Source: a virus
Lineage: Duplodnaviria; Caudoviricetes
Reading direction: 5' to 3' (one strand)
IMG/VR virus record: IMGVR_UViG_3300028048_000001
Location: 96,001 to 160,000 of that record
DNA length: 64,000 nt
Made by a program: the position numbers and the translations under genes. The first letter of the stretch is position 1; each line of letters opens with the position of its first letter. Of the stretch, positions 48,401-57,661 are shown piece after piece. The notes under the pieces were generated by a model. That model saw nothing but the letters and a program-made list of their open reading frames with translations, did not search any database and had not been told where the DNA came from.

Positions 48401-51400
48401 TACTAGTTCTGCTAGTGGTTTTAAGAAGTTTACTGTAGATGGTACCGGACATGTTAGTGCTACTGCTGCTGTTACAAAAGCAGATATAACTGCTCTTGGT
48501 ATTCCTGGAGAAGATACTAATACTACTTATGCTGCATTTACTAGTGCTGCTGACGGATTAGTACCTGCTGCTAAATCTGGTAGTACTAGTTATCTTACTT
48601 CTGCTTATGTATTAACCGGTGCTGGATGGAAAGCTGGTACTAAGTATAATACCGATACTAATACTACCTATGCTGCTGTTACTACTGCAGCTAATGGTTT
48701 AATGATTGCTGCAGATAAAACTAAATTAGATGGTATAGCAGAAGGAGCTAATAATTATACTCATCCTACTTATACTAGTTCTGCTAGTGGTTTTTATAAA
48801 GTAGCTGTAGATGGTACTGGACATGTATCTGGAGCAACAGCTGTTGCTAAAACAGATATTACTGGATTAGGTATACCTGCACAAGATACTACTTATGCAG
48901 CATTTACTAGTGCAGCTAATGGTCTTGTTCCTGCTGCTAAGAATGGTACCACTAACTATGCTACTAGTGCTTATGTTCTTACTGGTGCTGGTTGGAAATC
49001 TGGTACTAAATATAATACTGATACTACCTATGCAGCTGTTACTACTGCAGCTAATGGTCTTATGATTGCTGCAGATAAAACTAAGTTAGATGGTATAGAA
49101 GATAATGCTAATAACTATACTCATCCTACCTATACATCTGCTGCATCTGCATTAAGAAAAGTTACTATTGATGCAACAGGACATGTATCTGCTACTGCTG
49201 CTGTTGCTAAGAGTGATATTACTGCTCTTGGTATTCCTGGAGAAGATACTAATACTACTTATGCTGCATTTACTAGTGCTGCTGACGGATTAGTACCTGC
49301 TGCTAAATCTGGTAGTACTAACTATGCTACTAGTGCTTATGTTCTTACTGGTGCTGGTTGGAAAGCTGGTACTAAATACAATACTGATACTACCTATGCA
49401 GCATTTACTAGTGCGGCTAATGGTTTAGTACCTGCTGCTAAGAATGGTACTACTAACTATGCTACTTCTGCATACGTTCTTACCGGTGCTGGATGGGCTG
49501 CTGGTACTAAGTATAATACAGATACTACCTATGCTGCCGCTACTACTGCAGCTAATGGTTTAATGTCTAAGGATGATAAAATTAAGTTAAATAGTATAGC
49601 TGCTAGTGCTAATAAATATACTCATCCTACTTATACTAGTTCTGCTTCTGGATTTAAGAAGTTTACTGTAGATGGTACTGGACATGTTAGCGCTACTGCT
49701 GCTGTTGCTAAGAGTGATATTACTGCTCTTGGTATTCCTGCACAAGATACCACCTATGCTGCTGCTACTAGTGCTGCAGATGGTCTTATGACAAGTGCAG
49801 ATAAACTTAAATCAGATAATTTATCTGGTATCTACACTGTTAAAGGTACTCAAACTGCAACTACTGGATCATGGTTAGGAGAAATTAATGTTCCAGCTCT
49901 TTATGATGGATTAACTATTGCATATTATCTTCCTTATAATGGGTCTGGTAATGCTACTCTTAATCTCACTTTAAGTGATGGTACTACTACTACTGGTGCC
50001 ATTGATTGTTATTATACTGCTGCATCTAGACTTACTACACAATATGGTGCAGGAAGTACAATAATACTTACATATTGGTCTGCTGGTAGTATTGAAGTTG
50101 CTGGTACTGCTACAACCAATAATAGATGGACACATTGCGACTATAATAGTAATACTACATATGCTTTAGCTACTACTGCTAAAATTGGTCTTATGCCAAT
50201 TCTTAGTAATAATTCTGATCAATATCTTAATGGTACTGGCAGTTGGTCTACTCCAATTGATACTACCTATGCTGCTGTTACTACTGCTGCAAATGGTTTA
50301 ATGACAAGCACCGATAAAACTAAATTAGATAGTATAGCTGCATCTGCTAATAACTATACTCATCCTACCTATACTAGTTCTGCTAGTGGATTTAAGAAGT
50401 TTACTGTAGATGCAACTGGACATGTTAGTGCTACTGCTGCTGTTGCTAAGAGTGATATTACTGCTCTTGGTATTCCTGCACAAGATACTACTTATGCTGC
50501 ATTTACTTCTGCAGCTAATGGTCTTGTTCCTGCTGCTAAATCTGGTAGTACTAGTTATCTTACTTCTGCTTATGTATTAACTGGTGCTGGATGGAAAGCT
50601 GGTACTAAGTATAATACAGATACTACTTATACTCATCCTACCTATACTAGTTCTGCTTCTGGACTTAAAAAGTTTACTGTAGATGCAACGGGACATGTAT
50701 CTGCTACTGCTGCTGTTACTAAGAGTGATATTACTGCTCTTGGTATTCCTGGAGAAGATACTAATACTACTTATGCTAATTATATTGGAGCAACAAGTAG
50801 TGCTGCTGGTGTTGCTGGATTAGTTCCTAGTGCAACAACTGCTCAAACATCATCTTATCTGAGAGGTGATGGTACATGGAATGTTCCAACTAATACTACC
50901 TATGCTGCTGTTACTACTGCAGCTAATGGTTTAATGTCTAAGGATGATAAGATTAAGTTAAATAGTATAGCAGCTTCTGCTAATAAATATACTCATCCTA
51001 CTTATACTAGTTCTGCTTCTGGTTTTAAGAAGTTTACTGTAGATGCAACAGGACATGTTAGTGCTACTGCAGCTGTTGCTAAGAGTGATATTACTGGATT
51101 AGGTATACCTGCACAAGATACTACCTATGCTGCTGTTACTACTGCGGCTAATGGTTTAATGATTGCTGCAGATAAAACTAAGTTAGATGGTATAGCAGAA
51201 GGAGCTAATAATTATACTCATCCTACTTATACTTCTGCTGCTAGTGGTTTTTATAAAGTAGCCGTAGATGGTACTGGACATGTATCTGGAGCAACAGCTG
51301 TTGCTAAAACAGATATAACAGGTCTTGGTATTCCTGCACAAGATACTACTTATGCAGCATTTACATCTGCAGCTAATGGTTTAGTACCTGCTGCTAAATC

Positions 51401-51929
51401 TGGTAGTACTAGTTATCTTACTTCTGCTTATGTATTAACTGGTGCTGGTTGGAAAGCTGGTACTAAGTATAATACCGATACTAATACTACTTATGCTGCT
51501 GTTACTACTGCTGCAAATGGTTTAATGACAAGCACCGATAAAACTAAATTAGATAGTATAGCTGCATCTGCTAATAACTATACTCATCCTACTTATACTA
51601 GTTCTGCTAGTGGATTTAAGAAGTTTACTGTAGATGCAACTGGACATGTTAGTGCTACTGCTGCTGTTGCTAAGAGTGATATTACTGCTCTTGGTATTCC
51701 TGCACAAGATACTACTTATACAGCATTTACTTCTGCTGCTGCAGGATTAGTACCTGCTGCTAAATCTGGTAGTACTAGTTATCTTACTTCTGCTTATGTA
51801 TTAACTGGTGCTGGTTGGAAAGCTGGTACTAAGTATAATACAGATACTACTTATGCATCTGCTACAAGTGCTGCTGCTGGTCTTACTAAAGCATCTTATG
51901 TAGATGGAACAACTCTTGTGGTATTCTAA
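45414..51929 (+). CDS. Very long modular repeat tail fibre protein
   Basis: Modules GLMSKDDKxKLDxIA, ANNYTHP..VDGTGHV..ITALGIP, GLVPAAK..VLTGAGW; VAPLNASGQIDSAYLPAYVDDV domain. Confidence 0.8.
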   Translation: MAGFVKTKRHVLTDDGYKTISQWSNANSVEMDNGTNVQTEITNLKNTATSAANGLMSKDDKAKLDTVATSANNYTHPTYTAKTNDLYKVTVDNTGHVNAATKVVKSDITALGIPAQDTTYAVATTAKNGLMSSANVTKLSTIDTSANNYVHPSFTAAESGLYKVTVNNEGHVSATAAVTKADITALGIPGEDTNTTYAVATTAANGLMSKDDKAKLNSIAASANNYTHPTYTSSASGFKKFTVDGTGHVSATAAVAKSDITALGIPAQDTTYAVATTAANGLLSKDDKTKLDSIAASANNYTHPTYTSAASGFYKVAISDEGHVNEVTNVIKADITDLGIPAQDTTYAAFTSAAEGLVPAAKNGTTNYATSGYVLTGAGWKAGTKYNTDTTYAVATTAANGLLSKDDKIKLDGIAEGANNYTHPTYTSSASGFKKFTVDGTGHVSATAAVAKSDITGLGIPAQDTTYAAVTTATDGLMIAADKTKLDGIAEGANNYTHPTYTSSASGFKKFTVDGTGHVSATAAVAKSDITGLGIPAQDTTYAAFTSAANGLVPAAKNGTTNYATSAYVLTGAGWKSGTKYNTDTTYATATTAANGLLSKDDKTKLDSIAEGANNYTHPTYTSAESGLYKVAVDGTGHVSRATAVTKSDITALGIPGEDTNTTYAAFTSAAEGLVPAAKSGSTNYATSAYVLTGAGWKAGTKYNTDTNTTYAAVTTAADGLMTSTDKTKLDGIAEGANNYTHPTYTSSASGFKKFTVDATGHVSATAAVAKTDITGLGIPAQDTTYAAFTSAANGLVPAAKNGSTSYLTSAYVLTGAGWKAGTKYNTDTTYAVATTTANGLMSSAMVTSLNNSIPSSEKGANNGVAPLNASGQIDSAYLPAYVDDVLEFESRDAFPATGESGKIYVDISVEENNTYRWSGSTYILIAKNTNTTYSISKSGSTITLTGSDGSTSTVSDANTTYAAVTTAANGLMSKDDKIKLNSIDASANNYTHPTYTSSASGFKKFTVDGTGHVSATAAVTKADITALGIPGEDTNTTYAAFTSAADGLVPAAKSGSTSYLTSAYVLTGAGWKAGTKYNTDTNTTYAAVTTAANGLMIAADKTKLDGIAEGANNYTHPTYTSSASGFYKVAVDGTGHVSGATAVAKTDITGLGIPAQDTTYAAFTSAANGLVPAAKNGTTNYATSAYVLTGAGWKSGTKYNTDTTYAAVTTAANGLMIAADKTKLDGIEDNANNYTHPTYTSAASALRKVTIDATGHVSATAAVAKSDITALGIPGEDTNTTYAAFTSAADGLVPAAKSGSTNYATSAYVLTGAGWKAGTKYNTDTTYAAFTSAANGLVPAAKNGTTNYATSAYVLTGAGWAAGTKYNTDTTYAAATTAANGLMSKDDKIKLNSIAASANKYTHPTYTSSASGFKKFTVDGTGHVSATAAVAKSDITALGIPAQDTTYAAATSAADGLMTSADKLKSDNLSGIYTVKGTQTATTGSWLGEINVPALYDGLTIAYYLPYNGSGNATLNLTLSDGTTTTGAIDCYYTAASRLTTQYGAGSTIILTYWSAGSIEVAGTATTNNRWTHCDYNSNTTYALATTAKIGLMPILSNNSDQYLNGTGSWSTPIDTTYAAVTTAANGLMTSTDKTKLDSIAASANNYTHPTYTSSASGFKKFTVDATGHVSATAAVAKSDITALGIPAQDTTYAAFTSAANGLVPAAKSGSTSYLTSAYVLTGAGWKAGTKYNTDTTYTHPTYTSSASGLKKFTVDATGHVSATAAVTKSDITALGIPGEDTNTTYANYIGATSSAAGVAGLVPSATTAQTSSYLRGDGTWNVPTNTTYAAVTTAANGLMSKDDKIKLNSIAASANKYTHPTYTSSASGFKKFTVDATGHVSATAAVAKSDITGLGIPAQDTTYAAVTTAANGLMIAADKTKLDGIAEGANNYTHPTYTSAASGFYKVAVDGTGHVSGATAVAKTDITGLGIPAQDTTYAAFTSAANGLVPAAKSGSTSYLTSAYVLTGAGWKAGTKYNTDTNTTYAAVTTAANGLMTSTDKTKLDSIAASANNYTHPTYTSSASGFKKFTVDATGHVSATAAVAKSDITALGIPAQDTTYTAFTSAAAGLVPAAKSGSTSYLTSAYVLTGAGWKAGTKYNTDTTYASATSAAAGLTKASYVDGTTLVVF

Positions 51930-52051
51930 AAAATAAAATATTTTATTTTTATAACATTATTTTTAAATAATTATTGGAGGAGAGGTTATCCTCTCCTCCT
52001 TTGTTAAGAAAACTTTAAATTAATAATGTTATGAAAGGATAGCCAAAATTC

Positions 52052-52585
52052 ATGGGTATCATAACTACAGATGATCAATATTATCATGATATTGCAGATG
52101 CTATTAGAGAAATTAATGAAAGCGAAGAAACATATACCCCATCATTAATGGCTGGTGCTATTAGAAATATGGGTAGTGTAAAAGGGGTTAAAGGAGATGC
52201 TGAATCTGAATATAGAAAAGGCTATGTAAATTTAACTCCTGCTGATATTGGAGCATTACCTTCTTCTGCAGCCGTTCAATCTGCAGAAAAAGCTACTAAA
52301 GATGCAGATGGTAATGTTATTAGTACAACTTATCAAAAAATTACAAATGTAACATCAAAAGGTGATGCTACAACGCCTGTATATTTTGATGCTAATGGAG
52401 CAGCAATACCAATTTCAAGTTATTCTGGTAATGCTGCTACTGCTGATAAATTACATAATCAAGTTGATATTACTGTTGGATCTTCTACTAAATCTTTTGA
52501 TGGTTCTACTAATGTACAATTTAGTAAATCAGAAATTGGATATATTACAGCTGAAGTTGATGGAGAAACATTAATATTAAAATAA
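52052..52585 (+). CDS. Small fibre-associated structural protein
   Basis: GVKGDAESEYRKGYVNLTPADIGA, GNAATADKL, FDGS motifs typical of fibres. Confidence 0.6.
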   Translation: MGIITTDDQYYHDIADAIREINESEETYTPSLMAGAIRNMGSVKGVKGDAESEYRKGYVNLTPADIGALPSSAAVQSAEKATKDADGNVISTTYQKITNVTSKGDATTPVYFDANGAAIPISSYSGNAATADKLHNQVDITVGSSTKSFDGSTNVQFSKSEIGYITAEVDGETLILK

Positions 52586-52660
52586 AATTATATAATTTTT
52601 GTTTTTATATAACATAACTCCATAATAATACCTATATATTCTGGAGGTAGTATTTTAATT

Positions 52661-53437
52661 ATGGTTAACTTTAAATATTTAGATATTCCTCCTTTTAGTA
52701 AAAGAGAAGGGGACGCTCTTTTATTTAATGAAGATGGATATCTTGAATATTATATACCAGAAGATTACTTTGAAGGAGGAAAATCTACCTCTGCTAGTAT
52801 TCAAGGTTCTTATATAGAAATTTTTGGATCTTTTATGTATAGGATATACTCCGATAAAGGTACTCCTGGAAAACTTATGGATTTTTCTTTTCCTACAAAA
52901 TTTCTTTGTAGACCTGGATCTATAGAAAAGAAAAAAGATATATCTCTAGAAGAACATTTAGACGCTTCTGATTATAGGATTTTACGATTTGAAAAAGGTG
53001 ATCAATTAATTACAAGATGTCATGTTGAACAGAATATTGATAATGTATCTGAGTTGTTTAGATTACATATTCAAACTGGTAGAATTCCAAACGATATAGA
53101 CTATTCTTCTCTTTATAAATTTCCTTTTGAAAGTATGGAATTAAATTCTAAAGGATATTCTGTACATGCTCAAGCAATGGGATTGATTTATTCTAAGATT
53201 TGTAGAGATCCAGATGATGTGTCTAAACCTTTTAGAATGTCAAAAACTATTGATAAACAAATGATTGGGTATAAACCAATCTCTATTAAAGAAGCGGCTA
53301 AATTCGTTTCTCCGTTTGTTTCTCTTACATCTGAGAATTTGGATGAATCTATTATGTCTTCTGTACTTCTGTCTGAGGAAGAAAAGAATGGAAAAGCACA
53401 TAAAGAAAGTCCATTAGAGAGAGTTCTTATGATGTAA
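52661..53437 (+). CDS. Probable RNA polymerase beta' C-terminal fragment (virion RNAP)
   Basis: VHAQAMGLIYSKICR and SPFVSLTSENLDESI...SPLERVL loosely match beta' C-terminal regions missing from 27509..28738. Confidence 0.5.
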   Translation: MVNFKYLDIPPFSKREGDALLFNEDGYLEYYIPEDYFEGGKSTSASIQGSYIEIFGSFMYRIYSDKGTPGKLMDFSFPTKFLCRPGSIEKKKDISLEEHLDASDYRILRFEKGDQLITRCHVEQNIDNVSELFRLHIQTGRIPNDIDYSSLYKFPFESMELNSKGYSVHAQAMGLIYSKICRDPDDVSKPFRMSKTIDKQMIGYKPISIKEAAKFVSPFVSLTSENLDESIMSSVLLSEEEKNGKAHKESPLERVLMM

Positions 53438-53533
53438 TTAAATATATAAGAGAATATTTAAAAAATAAAATTAATATGTATAATATTATAATTTTTGATA
53501 AAGATTTTCTATACTTAAAGGAGGATACAGCTT

Positions 53534-55366
53534 ATGTATGCTGGAACAAAAGTAAACTGGCATGAAGTACTGATGAGCAATGCTGTTGCTGAAAATAGTA
53601 ACGAATCGCTTCCTCTGTTTCTTTGTGTCTTTTCAGCAGATAAGGGTACCGAAGAAATTACAGATTTAACTTATACTGATTTTAGAAAAATGTATGGTGA
53701 TAATGCTGATTTCTTCAAGCATGGCCAACCTTTAATTCAAGCACATAAGATTTTGGCTGCAGGTGGTAGAGTCCTTGGCAAGAGACTTGTTGCTGATGAT
53801 GCTACTCTTGCTAATTTGGTTATTCTTGCTGAAATTATTGTTTCTGATATACCAACTGTTAAGTTTACTAAACAAACAGTTACTGATGCTAAAACTTTTG
53901 CTCAGGTAAAAGATGCAGCTCTTGAACTTAAGACTAGTACTACTTTTCCATTATTTATTATTTGTGATAATGGTAGAGGTGAATCTTTTAAAAATGTAAG
54001 AATTGCTCCTGATTATGATGCATCTAAGACTCTTGATTTTATGCTTTATAATATTCAAGATATCGAAGGTGTTACTGTAATGGAATCTAATAGATTTTCT
54101 CTTGATCCAGATGCTATTACTTATAGTGGAAATTCTAAGAAAAATATGGCTCTTCAGAAATCTACTATGAATCAGATCAAAGCAGAATGTCTTGTTGATA
54201 GTTTTAAAGAATTTATTGATAAACTTGGAACTGAAGCTGGATATGTTATCCCCGATGAGGAAACTGGAGAGAATATAGTTGATTATAGTACTCTCTATAA
54301 TCTTGATATCCTTAATGCTTGCAGTAAAAAAGGTCTTCCACTTACTACGTTTAATGTGGATACTACCGAATTAGATATGAAAGCTACTTATGGATATACT
54401 CTTAAATCTGGAGATAACGGTTCATTTGGTTCAGCACCGTTCCCAGGTGAAAGTGGAGCAAGCACCGAATGGGTTAACGCTGCAACTGAATTTTTAAGTG
54501 CAGAAGTTCCTAGCCCATATTATTCTTATGATGAGATTTACGATCTTGATTATCATAAGATTGATTTCTGTGTTGATGCTAACTATCCTGATGATATTAA
54601 AAATCTTATTGTAGAACTTGCTAACTTCAGAGAAGATTTCTTCTATTTCAGAGATCTTGGAATAGATATTGATAATATTGATGAAGTTATAGAAAAAGTT
54701 GGAGATGCAACATGGTCTCATAGTCCATTTGTTGGCGACTATATGACTACTTATGATATTATTGATGATTTTTCTAAGAAGCAGATTAAGGTTACTATGC
54801 TTCATGGTGTAGCTCCTCTTCTTGTAAATCATTATATGAATAATCCTAATGCTCCTATTGCTGGAGAATTTAACCATTTCATTATTACAGAAATGGTTGA
54901 TAATACTTTAAATATTATCCCAAGAATTACTCCAAAGAGAGATATGAAGACTGAACTTGATGATCTCAGGGTTAATTATGCTAATTATTCTTCTGATGAT
55001 GGAATTATTACTGTTCAGTCTACTTATACTTCTCAGGATCATTGGGGTCCTCTCAGTTATTCTTCTAATGTTATTATCACTCAGATGTGTATTAAAGATA
55101 TTAGAAGATATTGTCCAAAGATCAGATTCATGCTTATGGATGGAAATGATTTTGCACAATATAAGAAACTGATTCAGGATAATGTTATTAGTTACTATGA
55201 GAAGTACTTTAAGTCTATTGAGCTGGTTTATACTCGTGATGATGTTATGACTGCTCAGAAGATTTTTAATGCTTCTCTGTATTGTTATTATAAGGACTTC
55301 CCGCAGGGTGAAATCTTTGATGTTTTTGCTATTGAAGGAAACCCTGAATCGAATCCAGCATATTAA
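53534..55366 (+). CDS. Tail sheath protein
   Basis: 610 aa; F..MYG...F.KHGQP N-terminus, DANYP, sheath-type C-terminus; directly upstream of the tube-like gene. Confidence 0.8.
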   Translation: MYAGTKVNWHEVLMSNAVAENSNESLPLFLCVFSADKGTEEITDLTYTDFRKMYGDNADFFKHGQPLIQAHKILAAGGRVLGKRLVADDATLANLVILAEIIVSDIPTVKFTKQTVTDAKTFAQVKDAALELKTSTTFPLFIICDNGRGESFKNVRIAPDYDASKTLDFMLYNIQDIEGVTVMESNRFSLDPDAITYSGNSKKNMALQKSTMNQIKAECLVDSFKEFIDKLGTEAGYVIPDEETGENIVDYSTLYNLDILNACSKKGLPLTTFNVDTTELDMKATYGYTLKSGDNGSFGSAPFPGESGASTEWVNAATEFLSAEVPSPYYSYDEIYDLDYHKIDFCVDANYPDDIKNLIVELANFREDFFYFRDLGIDIDNIDEVIEKVGDATWSHSPFVGDYMTTYDIIDDFSKKQIKVTMLHGVAPLLVNHYMNNPNAPIAGEFNHFIITEMVDNTLNIIPRITPKRDMKTELDDLRVNYANYSSDDGIITVQSTYTSQDHWGPLSYSSNVIITQMCIKDIRRYCPKIRFMLMDGNDFAQYKKLIQDNVISYYEKYFKSIELVYTRDDVMTAQKIFNASLYCYYKDFPQGEIFDVFAIEGNPESNPAY

Positions 55367-55383
55367 TAAGGAGGAAGTAAAAT

Positions 55384-56310
55384 ATGGCTGCTGGTCTTAA
55401 TTATATTAAGATGCCCAGAAGTGTTACAGAATACACTCTGATGAAAGGCGTTACTGATTTTTCCAATTTAAAGCAGTTTGATGTCTTTGAATCAGGCTAC
55501 TCCTTCCTTACTGTTGTTGGTGTTCCTGATTTCATGAGCAAATTAGCTGCTAGAAGCCCTGCTGTTAAAAACCTTCAAGATGGTCTTGTCCATATTATGG
55601 AAGGTGAGTTTAGAGGACTTTCTGGTATTCCTGATATTACTGCTGATGCTGGTACCATCTCTAATGGTAACAACGAAATGATGATTATTAATAACGTAAC
55701 GATGGATACTTCCATAACTGTTGAAATGACATTCTGGGAGAGATCTGGTTCTCTTATTACTAATTATCTTCAGTATTATCTTACCGGTATTAAAGATCCT
55801 TATAGTAAAGCAAAGACTTATCATGGTCTTGTGGGTTCTGTCTATAATGATCCAGGTCCTCAATATGAGGTATTTACGTTCCTCTATTATGTAACCGATA
55901 ATACTATGAGAAAAGTTGAAAGAGCTTATCTTTTAGCTAATGCTCAGCCTACTATGGCTCCTAACTCTCAGCTTTATAATAGTACCAAGGGTACCATTGA
56001 GTTCCAAGAAATCAATATATCTTTTAACTGCTTCCCAATTATTGGTGATCAGGTTAACAGATATGCATCTATGATGCTTCAGAATGATATTTCTCAACCT
56101 AATGGTAATCCAAGAAAAGTTGTTCTTGACTTTAATGATTATGAATGGGCTGTTATGAAGGGTGGTTATAAGCCTGATGGTTCTGGTCAAACCAGAAACG
56201 ATGGTATTGTTGAAAATACTGGTCTTGTTAAAGATATTCTTAGTAATACCAGCCTTTCCAATACTGTTGCTGAAAAGTATAATCAGAACGTTCCTCTTGG
56301 AAACCTGTAA
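55384..56310 (+). CDS. Tail tube protein
   Basis: Follows the sheath; AAGGAGG RBS; beta-rich with FWERSG and AYLLANAQP; followed by a strong terminator. Confidence 0.7.
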   Translation: MAAGLNYIKMPRSVTEYTLMKGVTDFSNLKQFDVFESGYSFLTVVGVPDFMSKLAARSPAVKNLQDGLVHIMEGEFRGLSGIPDITADAGTISNGNNEMMIINNVTMDTSITVEMTFWERSGSLITNYLQYYLTGIKDPYSKAKTYHGLVGSVYNDPGPQYEVFTFLYYVTDNTMRKVERAYLLANAQPTMAPNSQLYNSTKGTIEFQEINISFNCFPIIGDQVNRYASMMLQNDISQPNGNPRKVVLDFNDYEWAVMKGGYKPDGSGQTRNDGIVENTGLVKDILSNTSLSNTVAEKYNQNVPLGNL

Positions 56311-56341
56311 ATAATAAAAAATAATAAGATTATAAGAATTT

Positions 56342-56380
56342 ATATCCGGTAGGTAAAAACCTACCGGATATATTTTTTAT
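56342..56380. terminator. Bidirectional terminator
   Basis: ATATCCGGTAGGT-aaa-ACCTACCGGATAT. Confidence 0.85.
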
Positions 56381-56394
56381 AAAATTCTAATATA

Positions 56395-56832
56395 TTATTT
56401 TAATTTCTTAACCCATTCGACACACAGATCAAGAAATTTATTTAATTCTGGTTCTTCTCCAAAATAAGGAGGATATAGATCGGCCATGGTATATACATAA
56501 TCATCCTCCTTATTTTTTCTAAATCCACATATTTTTGCTGATAATGATTTACCAGACATTATCTTATGATGGTTAACGACGCAAAGTGCAACCTGCCCTC
56601 TCAAATGTTCTTTAAGGCAAAAGTCTGGTAGTGATTTAAAATCTTTCATAAACAATACTGGTGATGATCCAATATCCCAATCACCATCCTCTGTCATAGA
56701 TATCTGAAACTTATAGCCCCTGAAAGGAGTAAGATATCCAACAATGTTTTCATCAGCCTTTACTGTTAACTGAGGCATATTATATTTATCGTCAATCTTT
56801 GCGTTTTCGAAACTCATTTTAAATTCTTTCAT
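56395..56832 (-). CDS. Hypothetical early protein
   Basis: AAGGAG RBS; early motif at 57003. Confidence 0.6.
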   Translation of the reverse strand: MKEFKMSFENAKIDDKYNMPQLTVKADENIVGYLTPFRGYKFQISMTEDGDWDIGSSPVLFMKDFKSLPDFCLKEHLRGQVALCVVNHHKIMSGKSLSAKICGFRKNKEDDYVYTMADLYPPYFGEEPELNKFLDLCVEWVKKLK

Positions 56833-57040
56833 TTTATTTCTCCTTTTTTATTTAATTTAAATTATCATATACAAATTACAGATACAGGATATAATAGCAT
56901 TGAGCCGATACTATTATACTAAAGAATTAAAGATTGCAACCATTGGTATCCTAATCTGCAAACAAATTAATAGTATCTCTTTAATTCACTATTATACTAT
57001 ATAATTAAAATTATTAATTTAAAAAAAAAAGAAAACAGAA

Positions 57041-57556
57041 TTAATCTGTTTTCTTTTTAATCGGTTCTATTATATCATAATTCCATATTACTATTGAATC
57101 CACGTCCCACATTGTAAAAATATGAGAATGATTATGAAAATATCTATAATTATTATGCATATGAACTTCCATAGCATCGAATTCATTGTATATCTTTTCT
57201 AAATCTAATTCATATTTATAATCATCATACCAATCTATTCCCCATAAATATTTATTTTTAATTTCTTTAAGATAAGGTTTTATATCATCGAAAGTTCTAA
57301 TTTCTAAAACCTTACTTTTTCTTTTAATTTTAAATTCAAAAGATGTTTTTAATTTATCTATTTCAAAATATTCACTTTCACAAAAATTTTTCCATCCCCA
57401 ACTACTATATTTAGGTGATGCCCAAATTCCTTTAGGCTTAACTTTTCTTGAAAAATCAAATTCTCTCATAGGTCTTTCTTTATCTAAAAAATCTGCTCCA
57501 TAATGAATATATACTTTTCTATTTTTATATTTCTTTTTTCTTTTTGCTTTCCACAT
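57041..57556 (-). CDS. Hypothetical early protein
   Basis: AAGGAG RBS; early motif at 57612; motifs HYG, KPKGIWAS, WDVDS. Confidence 0.6.
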   Translation of the reverse strand: MWKAKRKKKYKNRKVYIHYGADFLDKERPMREFDFSRKVKPKGIWASPKYSSWGWKNFCESEYFEIDKLKTSFEFKIKRKSKVLEIRTFDDIKPYLKEIKNKYLWGIDWYDDYKYELDLEKIYNEFDAMEVHMHNNYRYFHNHSHIFTMWDVDSIVIWNYDIIEPIKKKTD

Positions 57557-57661
57557 ATTTTATTTTCTCCTTTTTATTTGATTTACATTCATTTTCAATA
57601 TTATAATATCTTTTTTAAAAAATAAAAATAATAAGGTAGAGATTTCTCTCTACCTTTTATA

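Noticed and set aside
56876-56962. tRNA gene
   Set aside because: No D-arm, anticodon arm or TTC T-loop consensus; kept only as a structured leader
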